Below, piece by piece: positions 11,271 to 24,500 of a DNA stretch of 64,000 bases (its first letter is position 1; the number at the start of each line of letters is the position of its first letter). The stretch lies in assembly GCA_013416795.1 (NCBI GenBank), contig RQSC01000027.1, forward strand, positions 333,911 through 397,910, in the 5' to 3' direction. The DNA comes from Prasinococcaceae sp. CCMP 1430. Its lineage: Eukaryota > Plantae > Prasinodermophyta. The notes below the pieces were generated by a model. The model saw only the letters and a list, made by a program, of their open reading frames with translations, ran no database searches and was not told the DNA's origin. The translations under genes and the position numbers were made by a program.

Positions 11271-13059
11271 ATGGCGTCCGCGAGCGACAGCGCATGGCTC
11301 AACGAGGCGGTCATCCGCTTCCTGCAGGGGCCCCTGTACTCCACGCCGCTCATGAGCTTCATTGACAACAAATGCCACATCTTCGACACTGAGGAGGAGT
11401 GCAAGCTCGAATACACGAACGTCCATGAAGAGTTCAAAAATGTGCGAGTTGCGCGCCGTGCTGTGCGGCGGGCGCGCGCCGCGCGCCGGAACGGGCGCTC
11501 ACGGCGAGGCACGGGTGCGCTCTGGCAGGCACGCGCACCACCCGCTCCGTCAATCGCACCGCTCTTTGGCTCATGCGCGCGGCGCTGCAGCCCCAGCAGA
11601 CGTGCTCGCCTCCTCGCACTGACGCCCAGTTCGCTCACACAGTGCGTCGACGAAGTCATCAGCGACTTCCTGAACGATCTCGGCGTGAGCGCAGAGCAGT
11701 TCGTCGAGGTCGTTGAGTCCTCCGACTCGGAGCTCGATGCTTTCGTCGTCTCCTCCATCCTTACTGTGGACGATTTCGTGCAATTCAGAGCGATGATGAT
11801 CAAGCGCAACATCGACCTCACCAACGAGGTCCTCCGGGAGATTGAGGCAGCGGCCTCGGCCGCGCCCGCCGAGCTAGCCTCGCCGGTCACGACGACGTCG
11901 CCCAAGGGCAAGGAGGCCGCCCCGGAGCCAGCGACCCCCACGAAGGACGCCGAGGGTCAGGCGGTGGAGATCGTCAGGGAGGCGCCGCGCACCCAAAAGA
12001 GGCCGCCGAGGAAATGGATGAGGAGCGCATGATGGAGATGGCGCTCAAGCTGTCGCAGCGGCAGTTCGAGGCAGAGAAGGAGCTGCGCGAGGCGCAGGAG
12101 AAGGCGGTGGCCAATATGAACGACGGCGTGGGCGACGACGCCAGCGTCGAGGACAAGGCGCTCGCGGCAGCCATCCGCGAGTCGATGCAGGAGCAGCTGG
12201 AGCAGGAGCGCGCGAAGGCGGAGATGCAGCAGGCCCTCGCGCTCAGCGCGGCCATCGAGGAGGAGAGGCAGAAGATGAAAGAGGAGTCCGACGGGGCGAG
12301 GTGAGACGCGCGGCCACGCACGGATGGGCACGGAGACGTGAGCGTGCGTGAGCATGTCAATGACGCGCGAGTGCGCCGCTGACGCGCTCGCGTTGGCCCT
12401 GCTGCGCTGCCACGCGCGCCGTGCCGCGCGCAGTGGGTCGGGCTGCGCGCCCGCGCCCCTCAAGGCGCCCGCCGGCGGGCTCAAGCCCATCGCAGACGTG
12501 AAGGCCGAGGGCGCCGCGAAGGCCGCAGCCATCAAGGAGCAGCTGTTGAACCGCGCCGCGGAGATCGACCGGCAAGCGGAGGAACGCCTCGCGGCCGTCG
12601 CCGCCGGCGTGGCCCCGGTCGAGGCTTCGGTTGCGCGCTTGACAGTGTCTGACGACGAGGTCGCCCGGCGCAAGGCGTACCTCCTCAAGCAGCGCGAGGC
12701 GCTCCTTGCCAAGGTGCGCGAGGCGCTCGCAACTGCGCGCTTGCGTGGCTGCGTCGTGCGCGTTGAATCGATGCGTGGAGCGTCGCTTGGCCCCAGCATC
12801 GGCAGCTGACGCGTCGCATCGCATGCGCCCGCAGCGCGCGGCGCAACGCAAAGTTGAGGTGGAGGAGTACAAACAAAATACCACAGCGGCGGTGCCACCT
12901 TCGCCCGTCGACAAGTTCTCCAACACGCAGGTCGGGCCGACGGCGTCGCTCGCCGGCGTGGACGCCGCTGCGGATGCAGCACGCGCCGCGCTGCGCCGCT
13001 CGCTGGCGCAGTCGCTGAAGCAGGACTTGGTGAAGAAGGCCAAGGCCCAAGGCGCATGA
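11271..13059 (+). CDS. CFAP36: Cilia- and flagella-associated protein 36 (CCDC104, BART domain); introns 11442-11642, 12301-12432, 12715-12836; unresolved frame change near 11990
   Basis: SAWLNEAVIRFLQGPLYSTPLMSFIDNKCHIFDTEEECKLEYTNVHEEF; C-terminal DEVARRKAYLLKQREALL; GT-AG junctions keep frame. Confidence 0.85.
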
Positions 13060-13412
13060 GCGAGCAAGCGCACGGCACACATGGCGACTCGGAGCTCGCG
13101 CGTGAGCGCCCGCGGCAGCACCGCCCACACCTGCAGCTGCTGGGCGCCGCCTCCCGAGCGCCAACGCTCTCTCATTTATTCGCAACACTCCCAATTGACT
13201 CCCATCGGCGCGCGTCGCGGGTGCGGGCGCGCGACCGCGAGGCTGGCAGCGCGCAGAGTGTTCGACCGCGTGGCGTGCCACAGAGACGGGGCAGTTGATG
13301 CCATCGCACATAAAATATTACACGCGACGACAGTGCCGCCAGGGCGGGAGCCCTCGCGCGAGCGCGGGGAGGCCCAGCCACCAGTCGCACCAGCTGTTAC
13401 TCCTAACTTGGT

Positions 13413-13778
13413 TTAGGCCTGGGCGATGGTGACCTCGACCTCGACACCGGGCTCGATCGAGATGGAGGTGATCTGCTTGACCACATCCGAGGGCGAGTGC
13501 AGGTCGATGAGGCGCTTGTGGATGCGCATCTCGAAGCGGTCCCACGTGTTGGTACCCTCACCGCACGGCGACTTGCGGGTGGTGATCTTGAGGCACTTGG
13601 TGGGCATGCGCACCGGGCCCTTGACGCGGAGGCGCTTGTCCTTGGCGCCCTTGATCAGGTCCGCGCAGACCTTCTCGAGGTTCTTCACGTTGCGCGAAGT
13701 CAGCGTGATGCGGATGCGGTGGAGCGCCGCCGAGGGCGCCACCTCCTCCTCCTTGCCGGCCTTCATCGGGGCGGACAT
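13413..13778 (-). CDS. RPS20: 40S ribosomal protein S20 (uS10)
   Basis: [23 protein letters not shown]...KGPVRMPTK...[27 protein letters not shown]. Confidence 0.98.
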   Translation of the reverse strand: MSAPMKAGKEEEVAPSAALHRIRITLTSRNVKNLEKVCADLIKGAKDKRLRVKGPVRMPTKCLKITTRKSPCGEGTNTWDRFEMRIHKRLIDLHSPSDVVKQITSISIEPGVEVEVTIAQA

Positions 13779-14395
13779 AGTGACTGAGTTGTTGTTGCGG
13801 CTTTCCGCTAACACCCGAGACAGACGAGCTTAAAGCTCCGCTTGCTGCGGAGGTGGCACGAGAGAGCGGCGCGCCCGCGTCAGCGCCAGTTCTCGCGCGC
13901 GCAGGGGAGGCGCCTCTCGCGCGGCCGGGGCGTCGCGTGTCGCGCCGCTGCGCCACGCGCGGCGAGACGGTGCGCTAGGCGCGCAGGCGCGCCGCCGCCC
14001 CCGCCACGGATCATTTGCCTCCCGAAAGCGGCGCGGCCGCCGCGCCGGCGCGCGCGCGTGCGCGCGCGCAGGGGGAGACGGAGGGAGAGGGGAACAGCAG
14101 CGCGACGCGCTCGCCTCGCGGACGCACCTGAGGTGTTAACGGGACTTGCTGTGTGTGCAGAGTGGCACCGCAACCCCCCCCTGCGCGGTGTCCCGCCCGC
14201 GCCAAGGCCCCCCGCCGCGCAGCCGCCGCTGATGCCCTAGCCCAGCACGCGCGGCGAAAACGCGGCGAAAACGCGAAATTCCCGCAAGCCCGGTGCGGAA
14301 CGCACCGTTTCGCGCGCCGACGCGTGTCCCGAAAACCCGTCCGCGCGATCGCCGTCGTGGCGGCGGCTTTCAATTTGATGGGCAGCGCGAGCCAG

Positions 14396-14408
14396 ATGCT
14401 TTTTGATG
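14396..14408. promoter_or_regulatory. 13-mer ATGCTTTTTGATG upstream of RPS20; exact copy upstream of RPL17 at 34094-34106
   Basis: Exact AT-rich 13-mer in the same orientation relative to both ribosomal protein genes. Confidence 0.35.
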
Positions 14409-15723
14409 AAGATCACCGGCGCGTCATGTGTCATCACAGGGAGCAAGGTCGCACCGCAAGCGGGCGCGAGCGCGCGCCGCGCGGCGCCCTCCCACATCCA
14501 GTCTCCCGTGGCGCCGCGCGCGCGTGGCCACACAAAAGCGACGATGCCGCGCAGCTCCCTCCTAAATTTTCGACGGAAAAAAAGAGAGGAAGGGGACCGA
14601 CGAGCGCGCTAGAGAGGAAGGATTCGGTCAGGCGCACACCGACCGCCGCGGAGGCGAGTGCTGCGCGCAGGCTCGCGTTCGGTCGGAGCCGCTGCCCCCC
14701 TCTCCCTTCCCCTTCGCCGTCGCGTCGCTTTCGCCTCCCCTGCCTGCGTCGCCTGACGCCATCACAAACAAAGGCCAGAGAACACCGCCCTCTTCCCCCT
14801 CTCCGCCGCGTCGCTCCCGTGCGTCGCCGGCCGCTCGTCGCGCCGCGAGGGTGCGCGCCTCATCCGCAGGCGAAAGCGATATCACGCGCGCACACGGGGA
14901 ACGCGCAGATGAAAAAAAAAATGACACCGACCGGCGCACGAGGAACGGGAGAGCCGCCGCGTCTTTTTTTTTTGCCGCGGCCGCGGCGTCGCCCCCAGCC
15001 GGAGTCCATGGAATCCATCGAATCCGTGCGAAGACGCGCGGGGCGTTCGCCGCAGCGCGCCGCGCGATGCAGGGAATTTTGAATCGCGGGTGGCGCGCAT
15101 GGAGTCCGATGGATTCCGACCGAAAGCGCCGCGCATCCCGCGTCTCGCATCCCCGTACTAAAAAAAAAAAAATGCGAGCCGGAGGAGAGGGGGACGCAGT
15201 CTGTCAGGTCAGCTCGCGCGCGCGCGCGCGCGCGCGCGCGCCAGACTACGCGGCGGCCGCGGGGCGGGCGACGTGCTGGGGGTGTTGGCGCGGCAGGTGA
15301 GGGCGCGGGCGGGCTCGCGCGCGCGTGGGTTTGAGGCGCTCGGTGGGGAGGGGAGCGGGGCGGGTGAGCGGGGGGAAGAGGCGGCGTGCGGCCTGGCGCG
15401 GCGCGTCCCCTCGACGAGGGGACGCGTGGGGGCGCGCGAAGGGGCAGCTGCGAGCACGGAGGCTCGCGTGGAGGGCGAGAGGCGGCGGGGGTGGAGGCGG
15501 CAAAAGGAGCTGCAGAGAAGGGGGGGGGGGGCTCTGGAAGAGGGGGGTAGGAAATAGACTCTGCTGGCAGTTGCAGGCCTGACGCGCAGACGGCGCTCGC
15601 GCGCCCTCGCGCGGACCAGGCCAACGCCGCGCGGCCTCGCCGCACGGTGCGCGGGGCGCCGGCGCGCGGCCTCGCCGCACGCACCAGGCTGGCAGGCTGC
15701 GGCTCGTCCGGACAGGCTTCTCG

Positions 15724-17016
15724 ATGCCCCCCTGCATCGGAAAGGGCATGAGCGCGGCCCCTGCACACAGCGTCGAGAAGGCGGAGTCTTCGGCGTGGGA
15801 GGCGGCCGCCACCGCGGCCGTGTTCCACGAGTCCATGGAGCGCTTCCGCAAGGGCCTCGTGCCGCTCACGCTGCCGAGGTCGCCCCCGGGCGACAGCCCG
15901 GATGCGAAGCTGCGCGCGCACGGGCCCAACACGGACATCCCGCGCAAGATTCGCACCATCATTCCCACGCGGCGGGAGATGGAGCTGCAGGCCGAGGCCG
16001 CGGCGGAGGCCAGCGTGGCGAACAACGCCCGCAGGGCGCGCTTGAGCATGGAGTCGGGAGTCGGCGCCGATGCGGCCGCCACGGCGCTGGAGCGGGGCGC
16101 GGCGAGGAGCGCCGTCGCCGCGGTGGCGGCCATCGCCGCCACCCCCCTCTCCGAAACAGACTACGGGGCGAACATCCTGCGCCCCCGGCGCGCGCCGACG
16201 CCCCGCGACGCGGTGCCCTGCTCTGAGTCTGAGGAAGAGCCGGGCGGCGACCTCGTCGCGCCCGCCGTGCGGCGAGGGACAAACGTCGAAGCGAGAGGTG
16301 CGGGCGCAGGGTTGGACGCGGACACCGACGCGTGCGGCGTGCTCGCGTCGAGGCTTGGCTGGCGGGTCCGCATGCGACGCGTGGCGTGGCTGCGCTGGCG
16401 TGCGGCGCTCTCGATGGGCTCCAATGCCGCGCGCCTCCGGCGCGATGCGTCGGCGCGCGGGAGAGAGGAGATAGAGGAAGTGGCGCAGAGAGTCGCGGAG
16501 AGCGTGGTCGCTGCCGTCGCCCAACCGCTGGCGCAGGAGATTTCTGCGTTTCGCGCTGCGGCCGAGACGAGTCGCATCGACAACGAAGCAAGAATCGCGC
16601 AGCTGGCCGAGCGCCTCGAGTCGGCGCTGGCAGAGCTCAAAGCGGACCGACCAATACAACAGCACGCAGCGCCGCGCGCCCCTCCTCCTATCCGCCGCTC
16701 TAGCAGCCTGCCGGAGAGGCCGCACCGCGCACTGCACGTTCGGCCCCGCTCAGACGACGGCGGCGCCCAGGATTCGCGTAGACGACGAGATGGCACGGGG
16801 GGGGGCGGCTCAGAGTCCGGTGGCGGTGCAGGCAGGACGAGGCGACTATCGGAACTGGGGATATCCGCGGGCGCGTATGCGAGCGGCACGACGGGGAGGG
16901 TGAAAGTGCAGGCAGCCCGAAAGGCAGTCCTGCCCCCGGAGGTTGTGCGTTCCATGGGGCGTCTGATGCCAGCCATCCCGCAGCATCGGCGCTCGAGTGC
17001 GTTCAACTCGCGGTGA
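15724..17016 (+). CDS. Hypothetical protein, 430 aa, low complexity with a central coiled coil
   Basis: Long ATG-initiated ORF with host-like codons; coiled-coil stretch EEIEEVAQRVAE...IAQLAERLESALAEL; no recognised domain. Confidence 0.55.
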   Translation: MPPCIGKGMSAAPAHSVEKAESSAWEAAATAAVFHESMERFRKGLVPLTLPRSPPGDSPDAKLRAHGPNTDIPRKIRTIIPTRREMELQAEAAAEASVANNARRARLSMESGVGADAAATALERGAARSAVAAVAAIAATPLSETDYGANILRPRRAPTPRDAVPCSESEEEPGGDLVAPAVRRGTNVEARGAGAGLDADTDACGVLASRLGWRVRMRRVAWLRWRAALSMGSNAARLRRDASARGREEIEEVAQRVAESVVAAVAQPLAQEISAFRAAAETSRIDNEARIAQLAERLESALAELKADRPIQQHAAPRAPPPIRRSSSLPERPHRALHVRPRSDDGGAQDSRRRRDGTGGGGSESGGGAGRTRRLSELGISAGAYASGTTGRVKVQAARKAVLPPEVVRSMGRLMPAIPQHRRSSAFNSR

Positions 17017-17281
17017 CACCAGCGGCGGGGCCTGGTGAGCGGTGTCGCGCGCGGGTGAGACGAGCTCGACCGCTGACGGCATGGAGAGGGGGGTCGTCAC
17101 TGGCCGGTGACCGTGGTCAGTCCGTCTGGATGCGCGCTTCACATGTGTAGTATTTTATGGACGTGGTGGGTTGGGCTCGCGTAATCGCAGTTGGATTCCT
17201 AGTGTATTGCGTGTGACAGTACTTTGCAACTTCTGACGGCAAACGGAGCGACTCTGCGCGACAGCCCTGCGAGGAGCGCCT

Positions 17282-18547
17282 TCACTCCGTGCGTTGCCGC
17301 TTCTCCGCCGGTGCAGCCTCATCGCCACCCGCTGCGCCGTCGCCATCTGGTGCGGCATTCTTCACGCCCTCGATCGCCGCCATTGCGTTCTCTATCTCAC
17401 CCTTAGCCTCCTCCACGGCCGTCCTCGAGGCAGCGAGCGCCGCCGCAAGCGCCGCCTCGTACTTTTCGTGCGCGCCCACCAGCGCCTCCAGCTTGGTCTT
17501 GTACTTCTCCATGAATGCGCCTGCCTCGGCACACTTTGCGGCCGTGGGTGCCTCGAGCGCCGCCTCGAGTACCACCTGAACCTTGGCGATCTCCTCGTCG
17601 GGCGCCTGCAGGGCGTCGACGGCCGCCGCCGCGGACACCACCGCTTGTGCACGCGCGCTCACCACCTTCCCCGCAGGCGCTGACTTCGCTTGTCTCGAGG
17701 GCCCTCCGCCCGCCTTCGCCACAGGGCCGCCCGCGCTCGCGCCGGCCGGCTGCGGCCCCTCTGTCTTGGGCGCTGGGGAGGGCAGCAGCTCGCCGAGCGC
17801 CTCCCTGAGTTCGTCGAGGCGCGAGCCGAAGATGCCGCGCTGCCCCCACACGTCAATGATGCGCCCCGTCTTCACCTTAAGCTTGGCATCCCCGCCGCTC
17901 AGCACGCTGCGCAGCGAGCGCGCCATGACCTGCGTGCGTGGTGGAGGGGCGTGGGCGTCAGCGCCTCACGACGCGAGGGAATCGCGCGACATGCTAGGCG
18001 CGCGCGCCGCGCACAGAGTCTGGGCCGCACCTTGAAGAACTCGTTGGTGTACTCGGGGCCCTTCTTGCGGCTCTTCTGGATGATGTCATTCGCCAGATAC
18101 AGCAACGCGAGCTGCTGTGTCGCATCCGCTTTGCCTAGCTGCCGCTCCCACAGCGCGACGATCACGGCGCAATTCTTGCGCTGGAAAAGGCAGTATGTCG
18201 AGATGGCTGCCCGGGCGAGGGCATGGCCGTACCGATGCGCGCGCAAGGAAAGGCGGCGTGTGTGCACGTGAGCAGGTACAGCCAGGCGCTGAGGTCAGCA
18301 CGACATTGGAGGCAGTGTTGAGCACGCACCAGGCGCCACGACATGCAGCCCCTGGCTTTGGCGAGCGCACTGCCCAGCCTTCCGCCCTTCCGCCCCGAAG
18401 GAAGGGCGGGCGCTGGCGAGCGCAGACGCGCCGCCGGCCCAGGCTCCCACGCGGGGCAGGGCGGCGCGACGCACTCTCAATGCTGTCCTGCGAGGCGGTG
18501 ACCTTGGCGAGCTTCTCAGCCATCGCATCCTTGTTGAAGCTCGCCAT
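17282..18547 (-). CDS. RPRD1: RPRD1/Rtt103-like RNA polymerase II CTD-interacting (CID/RPR) domain protein; exons 18547-18475, 18206-18031, 17929-17282
   Basis: Spliced MASFNKDAMAEKLAKVTASQDSIETISTYCLFQRKN...LLYLANDIIQKSRKKGPEYTNEF...RIIDVWGQRGIF. Confidence 0.88.
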
Positions 18548-18827
18548 GGATGGGCGCAGGCGCACGCCTCCCCGCGCGGCCTTCGCGGCCTTCGCGGCCT
18601 GTGGCGCCGCGCCGCAGTGCGCGCACTAACAACGCCATCAAAACCGGCGCTCGAACAGCCCATGCATTTTGACTGGCATTTTCTGCGGATGATAGCGCAT
18701 CGAAATTGGCAGGAATCCTGCTTCTAACATACAAATCGCGCCGAACGAAAAGAGAACGATGGTATTATTCAGCGTGCGGCGCGAGCCACGGGAGACTGCT
18801 CGCGGTACCCACACGACCGGCAGTTGC

Positions 18828-19921
18828 TCACATGAGCCACAGGCCGACCGCCGCGCCGGCGGCGGAGGTGATGAGCGCCGACACGAAGTTGACGGCGTGG
18901 TTGTCGAGGAAGTTCAGGCCCGAGATGCGCGTCACCCCCGGGCCGGGCTTGTTGACAACCTTGCCTTTGACGGGGTCGAAACCTGAGAATTGCAGCGTGG
19001 CGCCGAGGAGCGAGTCCACCATTGAGCCGAACAAACCGGCCCCAACACAGAGCGGTAGAGCTGCCCACACCGCGCCGCTGGCGGGAGCCGCGGCTAACGT
19101 GCCAAAGCCCACTGCGGCGGCACCGCACACCAGGCCGCCACCGAGCGCGGCTCCTGTGCCCAGTGGACTCACGCCACCGTTGGTGCCGCGCTTGCATCGC
19201 CTGAGTGTCGTGATGAGAATCGGCTCCGCCTTCGAAAGCACGCCTAGCTCGGACGACCACGTGTCTCCCGCGCAGCACGAGTAGTAGCACAGGTATGCGC
19301 AAGCGAGGGCCGTTGAAACGGGGTCCGCGGCTGCGTCGAACACAGGCGCTGATAGACCGCGCAGGGCGATGTGTGCGCCGGCGAAGGCAGTCGGCAGGCC
19401 GCCGTTCGCGGCGACCTGCACCCAGTCGCGCTGCCCGCCGGCCTTGTGGCCGTCCTCGATCCTGGCCTTGCGCTCGTTCCCGTACTTGGTGAGCGCGGAT
19501 GACGAAATGAAGAAGGCCAGCAGCACTGAACCAAAGACTGCGTTGGCTGCGAGAGAAACCGCGCCGACCATTACGGCTGCAAGCGCCCCAGACCAGTTGA
19601 GGGACTTCTTCTTCAATCCCCCGTACGCCATCACCCCGCCAAGCGCTGCCGAGCAAAGTACGTTCACCTGCGGCGACGCCCCCGGCAGGGCGACCACGAC
19701 GGCGGAGCCGACGATCAGCAGCGCGAGCGACGCGAGTGCCTTCTTGGCACCCCCTGAGGCGCGCGCCTCCCCCCTCGCGTCCTCGGGTGGCTCGGACTCG
19801 GTGATGGCGAGCGCCGCCGCAACGGGCCGGCGCGCGGCGCGCGTGAGCACGGCCGGTCGCGGGCCGAGCCACTCGCTCCTGCCGCTCCCGCCGCCCTGGG
19901 GGCGCCCAGCACGCGCGGCAT
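18828..19921 (-). CDS. TMEM19: TMEM19/DUF92 membrane protein, plant PGR-like; start uncertain
   Basis: GGQRDWVQVAANGG, CCAGDTWSSELG, GTNGGVS, GSMVDSLLGATLQFSG...LDNHAVNFVS. Confidence 0.9.
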
Positions 19922-20150
19922 CGCCGCCGCGCGGCACAGGCCGGCAGCACCGCGCCGCCGCACCCTGTTGTGGCACCCCCGCACCGCAGCGGCGCACAAA
20001 ATGCCGACCGACACCGACACTTCCGTACGCCTGCATTCGAAGTCACGGTGGTGGCTCCTGGTGCAAATGAACATGAATTCGGCACGCAGCGCGCGCGGGC
20101 GGGCGGCACCGCAGGGCACACGCCGCACCGCGCGCGGCGGGACGGGGGCG

Positions 20151-20955
20151 ATGGGCAGGGTGGTGACTCGCGGCCGCGCTCGCGCTCGCGCTCGCGGGCG
20201 CGGGCGCGCCCGCAGGCGCCGCGCAGGGCGCCCTCGACGACGGCGCCCTCTTCCCAGGGTGGGACGGGGAACGCGGGGGCAGGGCAGGCAAGGTGCCCAG
20301 GGAGCAGCTGCGGATGCTGTCGTGGAAGCCGCGGGTGGTCGAGCATCGAGGCTTCCTTATAGCGGCCGAGTGCGACGCGATCATCGACGCCGCGAAAGTG
20401 CTCGGGGACGCGGTTGACGAGCCGGAAGGGGCGGTGTTGGCACCCGACGACGTCTCGTACGCCGCGCAGCGCGCGCTCGCCCACGCTGATGCGTCCGCGG
20501 AGCGCACCTCCATGATGCCCGCGCAGAATGCTGGCGTGTGGCGCGTGCGCCGCCTGACGCACGAGTCCGCTGAGGAGGACGCGCAGCTCGACACGATTGC
20601 CGGGCTCGCGCCGGGCAAGCGCCTCCCGCCTGGTGGGCAGGTGGCAGGCGTGGTGGTGGTGTTCCTCTCCGACGCCCCCCTTGGGGGCGGCGGCGAGCAG
20701 GTGTTCCCCGACGCCGACCTCTCCGCGTCGTCGTGGGAGCGCGATAAGGGCCTGCGCTGGTCCAAGTGCGCGACCCGCGGCTCGCCGCTCGCCATCTCGC
20801 CGCGCAAGGGCGACGCGCTGCTCTCGTGGGCGCTGGACAACGCACTGCGCGAGGACGCGCGCGCCTCGCGCAAGGCGTGCCCGCCCGCCGACGGCGAGGT
20901 GTGGATCGCCACCAAGGTGATGTACACCAACTCGTTGCTCGAAGGGTCGGGCTGA
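20151..20955 (+). CDS. Secreted prolyl 4-hydroxylase-like protein lacking the Fe-binding residues; +1 frameshift at ~20166 in the signal peptide
   Basis: LSWKPRVVEHRGFL..AECDAII, VFLSD...GGEQVFP, SKCA...ISPRKGDALL, WIATK; no HxD and no distal His. Confidence 0.75.
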
Positions 20956-21532
20956 CGTGGGCGGCAGGGCGCGCGGCGGGCGGGCGCGCGGGCCGCGCGG
21001 CGACGCCAGGTGAGCGCGCACGCACGCCCCGGCTCGCGCCACCGCCGCGCGGGCGCGGGCGTCGCGCATGCGCAGCTTTACACACAAACCCTTCAACCCC
21101 AATGGTAATCCTGACGTCCTTAACCTCAACCCATCGCGCGCCGCGCGCCGCGCGCGCAGCGCCTTCCGCTGTCCCTCCCATCCGCCTCTTCCCCGAAAGC
21201 GGCCCTTCCTTTGGTGCGCGGCGCCGCGGCGCGATGGCGTTTCGCCTGGACGGCGGGTGCGGCTCCCGCCGATGCGCGCCGCGGGGTGCCACTTCGCGCG
21301 CTCGCGCGCGCCCCCGCCGGCAGGAGGGGGACGACGAGCGCGGCAGCCCACGCAGCGGCGGCGGCCACTGATCGGGAGCTCGTCAGCGCCGCGCTGAAGG
21401 GGGGGGCGGGTGAGGAGGAGCGGGGAGGCTCGCGCCACGCGCAAGCGTGGGAGGCGCTGGGAGCAACTCGGACCCGCCGTGCTGGGGGGGTAGGAGGGGG
21501 TGGGCGCGACGCGCTCGCGGCGTGGCGGCGCC

Positions 21533-24500
21533 ATGGGGACGGTAGACGCGGCGACGCGCGCGCTCATCGAGCAGGAGACAGGCCTGCGAACAGAGGACCT
21601 GTCGAAGGGGGAGCTGGCTTTCATGGCGGAGAGGTCCAAGGCTGCGGGCAATGCCGCGTTCAAGACCAAGGATTACCGGATGGCAATCAAGATGTACTGC
21701 CAGGCCATCGCCGCAGACGAGACGGACGCGACGCTCTTCGCAAATCGCTCTGCGACTTACCTTGCTGTCGACCGCGCGCATGATGCGCTCGTGGATGCGG
21801 CCAAGGCGGTCGAACTCGACCGCGCGTGGCCAAAGGGCTACTATCGCCTCGGCATGGCGCTCGCGGCCTTGGAGCGCTGGGCACAGGCTGCGCAGACGTT
21901 CGAGCACGGGCTCGAGCTCGCACCGGACTCTGCGGACCTCGAGGCGAAAGCGGCTCACGCGCGCGAAAAGGCGGGGGCTCTCGCGCGCGCAAAGAAGGTC
22001 GAAGTGGACGCCGCTCGGCGCAACCTCGTGCTCAAGCTGCGCGACGCGCGGCGAGAGGACCGAGTCGCATACATGCGGTGGCAGTTTTCGCAGGGCCTCG
22101 CGAGCCCCGAGCACGAACCTGAGGACTACGAGTGGCGACCTACCTTCCTGCCAAGCATGAAGCTGCGTCCGCCCAGCGAGCGAGCCCTGCGGCGCAACGA
22201 GCGCCACCTGCGCGGCATGCGCAACTTCGTTTCGATGCTTGGGGAGCTTGACCAGCCAAAGTCTGCCTTGCGGCTTTGTCAGGACCCTGTGCGCCTGAGT
22301 GCCTTCGACCGCGCGTGCGGGGCGGCCATCGCGCGAGCGAATGCCCGCCTTGCGACGGCTGCGGGTGAGACGGAAGGGGGCGAGGTGGGGATAGCCAAGG
22401 GCGCGCCGGGCGTGCACATCCTAGTTGTGGAGGAGGGCACTGGGCTGCTGCCGATCGCAGCGGCCCTGCACATGGGCGCTGCAGGAACGCGCGGGCGCGT
22501 CAGCGTCGTGTGCCGCTCCAAAACGCTGATGCGCATGGCGCGCCAATGCGCCTCGAGCAACGCCGCACTGCTCGCGCGAGCAGCGCCTGGCGTCGAGCTG
22601 TGCTTCGTCAGCACAGGCCTCGCTTTTCTCGCGTGCGAAGGTGAGGGAATCCCACAGCCGACCGAAGCCGACCGCGACCGTCTGTGCACGTACATACATG
22701 AGCACGACCGACGGCGTGACGAACAGGAAGGCAAGGCGACGCTGCCGTCGCCGGCGGACCTGCTCCTGATGGACAATTTTGGCTTCGAGCTGCTGGGTCA
22801 GCGTGCGCTGCCCGTCCTCGACTTCGCTCGCAAGTTCTTGCTCGCTAAGGGCGCGGAGGTGGTGCCCAGGCGAGTGGTAGTGAAGGCTCGCGTTGTGGAG
22901 CTGCGAATCACTGAGGTGTGCGGCATGGACGTGTCGTTCATCAACCAGTATCGATGGTACCCCGGTCACGAGCGCGTTGCCGACCTTGCGGCCACCAACT
23001 ACAGCTTCTTGTCTCAGGAGTTTGTAGCATTTACTATCGACCTCAACACGCGCGCACCAAGCGAGCTGAGCATGGCTGACTGGGAGTTTGATGAGACAGT
23101 GTTGGTCGACATTGATACCGATGGCACGTCGAACGGAGTGCTGTGGTGGTTCGAGCTCGACCTGGGAGAGAGCGGTGCACCTGGAGTCGTGCGCGCGGAC
23201 GCGGATCCGGCTGGTCGCCAAGCAGGAGGGGGAGAGAGTTGCGACGACAGCAGCGAAGGGAGTTACAGCAGCAACGACACGCTGGTCCTGAGCAGTGGCC
23301 CCGGATCAGGGTGCTCAAGCAGCATCGGACAGGCGATCATGTACTGGGATGAGACCCCGGTGCGCACCGGCGAGACGCTCGCTGTGCGCGTGCGCCAAAG
23401 CGAGCACCACATCAACTTTGCGACAGTGCCGGCGCCCACACGCCCTCGGCACGCTCACATTCCGCGCTGGCACTTCGATATGCTGATGGACGATCAGCGC
23501 AACGAGTGCTACATGAAGGCAATCAAGAGCGCCATCGAGTCCAAGCGCGCTTTCGGGTACAAGGACAAAGAACTCTTCGTACTTGATGTCGGCGCGGGGA
23601 CGGGTATCTTGTCAATGATGGCAGCGAAGGCAGGGGCTGACAAGGTCGGCGCAATCGAGCAGACGGTCCACATGGCCGACGTCGGAGAGGAGGCGATCGT
23701 GATGAACGGCTATTTCAGGGAGGTCACCATGATCAACAAGAACTCGCGCTACATGAAGGCAGAGCCATACCAAGACGGGCGCCGCCCGGACATCGAGAGG
23801 CGGGCAGATATGCTCATCTACGAGGTGTTCGACTCGGGCCTGATCGGCGAAGGCGCGCTGCACGCCGTTGGCTACGCATTCCGCAATTTGCTGAATGAGG
23901 ACGCGACCATCTGCCCCGTGGGCGCCACCGTTTATGCGCAGGCCATCGAGATGCGCCTGGAGGATGTTGTGCTGTCGGGACAGCAAGTGGACGTGCGCCA
24001 GCTGAACAGGTACCGCTGGCGCGCGGACTACGAGGGCTACGAACTGGGCAAGATGCGCGACAAGTGGAGGCCACTCAGCGAGCCTGAAGCGGTATTCGCC
24101 TTTGACTTCTACGAATGGCAGCAGAATATGCAGCCGATAGAGCGAAAGCTCGACCTGGAGATCACCGAGTCAGGCGTAGTGACGGCCATCGCCTTCTGGT
24201 TCGAGCTGGAGCTCGACGAGGACACTCTTCTGAGCACGTCGCCTTATGCCGACGAAAAAGGTCCCACGTGGCAGCAGGCCGTTCAGTACATCGAGGAGCT
24301 TGCGATGTGCGAGGGTAGCACTCTCCCACTGGTTGCGAAACACGACACATACTCGATCACGTTCGAGGTGCATGATGACTCGGATGACATCGACAGGATC
24401 GAGATGCGCACTGGCGTACCGCTGTACGACCCCGTGTGGCACGTCGCGTACAATCGGCTTAAGGAGGTAAATTCGGAGACGGCGAGGAAATGCGCAGAGC

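Noticed and set aside
18769-21669. 966-aa minus-strand ORF and similar long ORFs (e.g. 9029-10819, 14860-16737, 26818-28788)
   Set aside because: Arg/Ala/Pro-rich shadow frames expected at this GC content; they overlap well-supported genes and show no domains.
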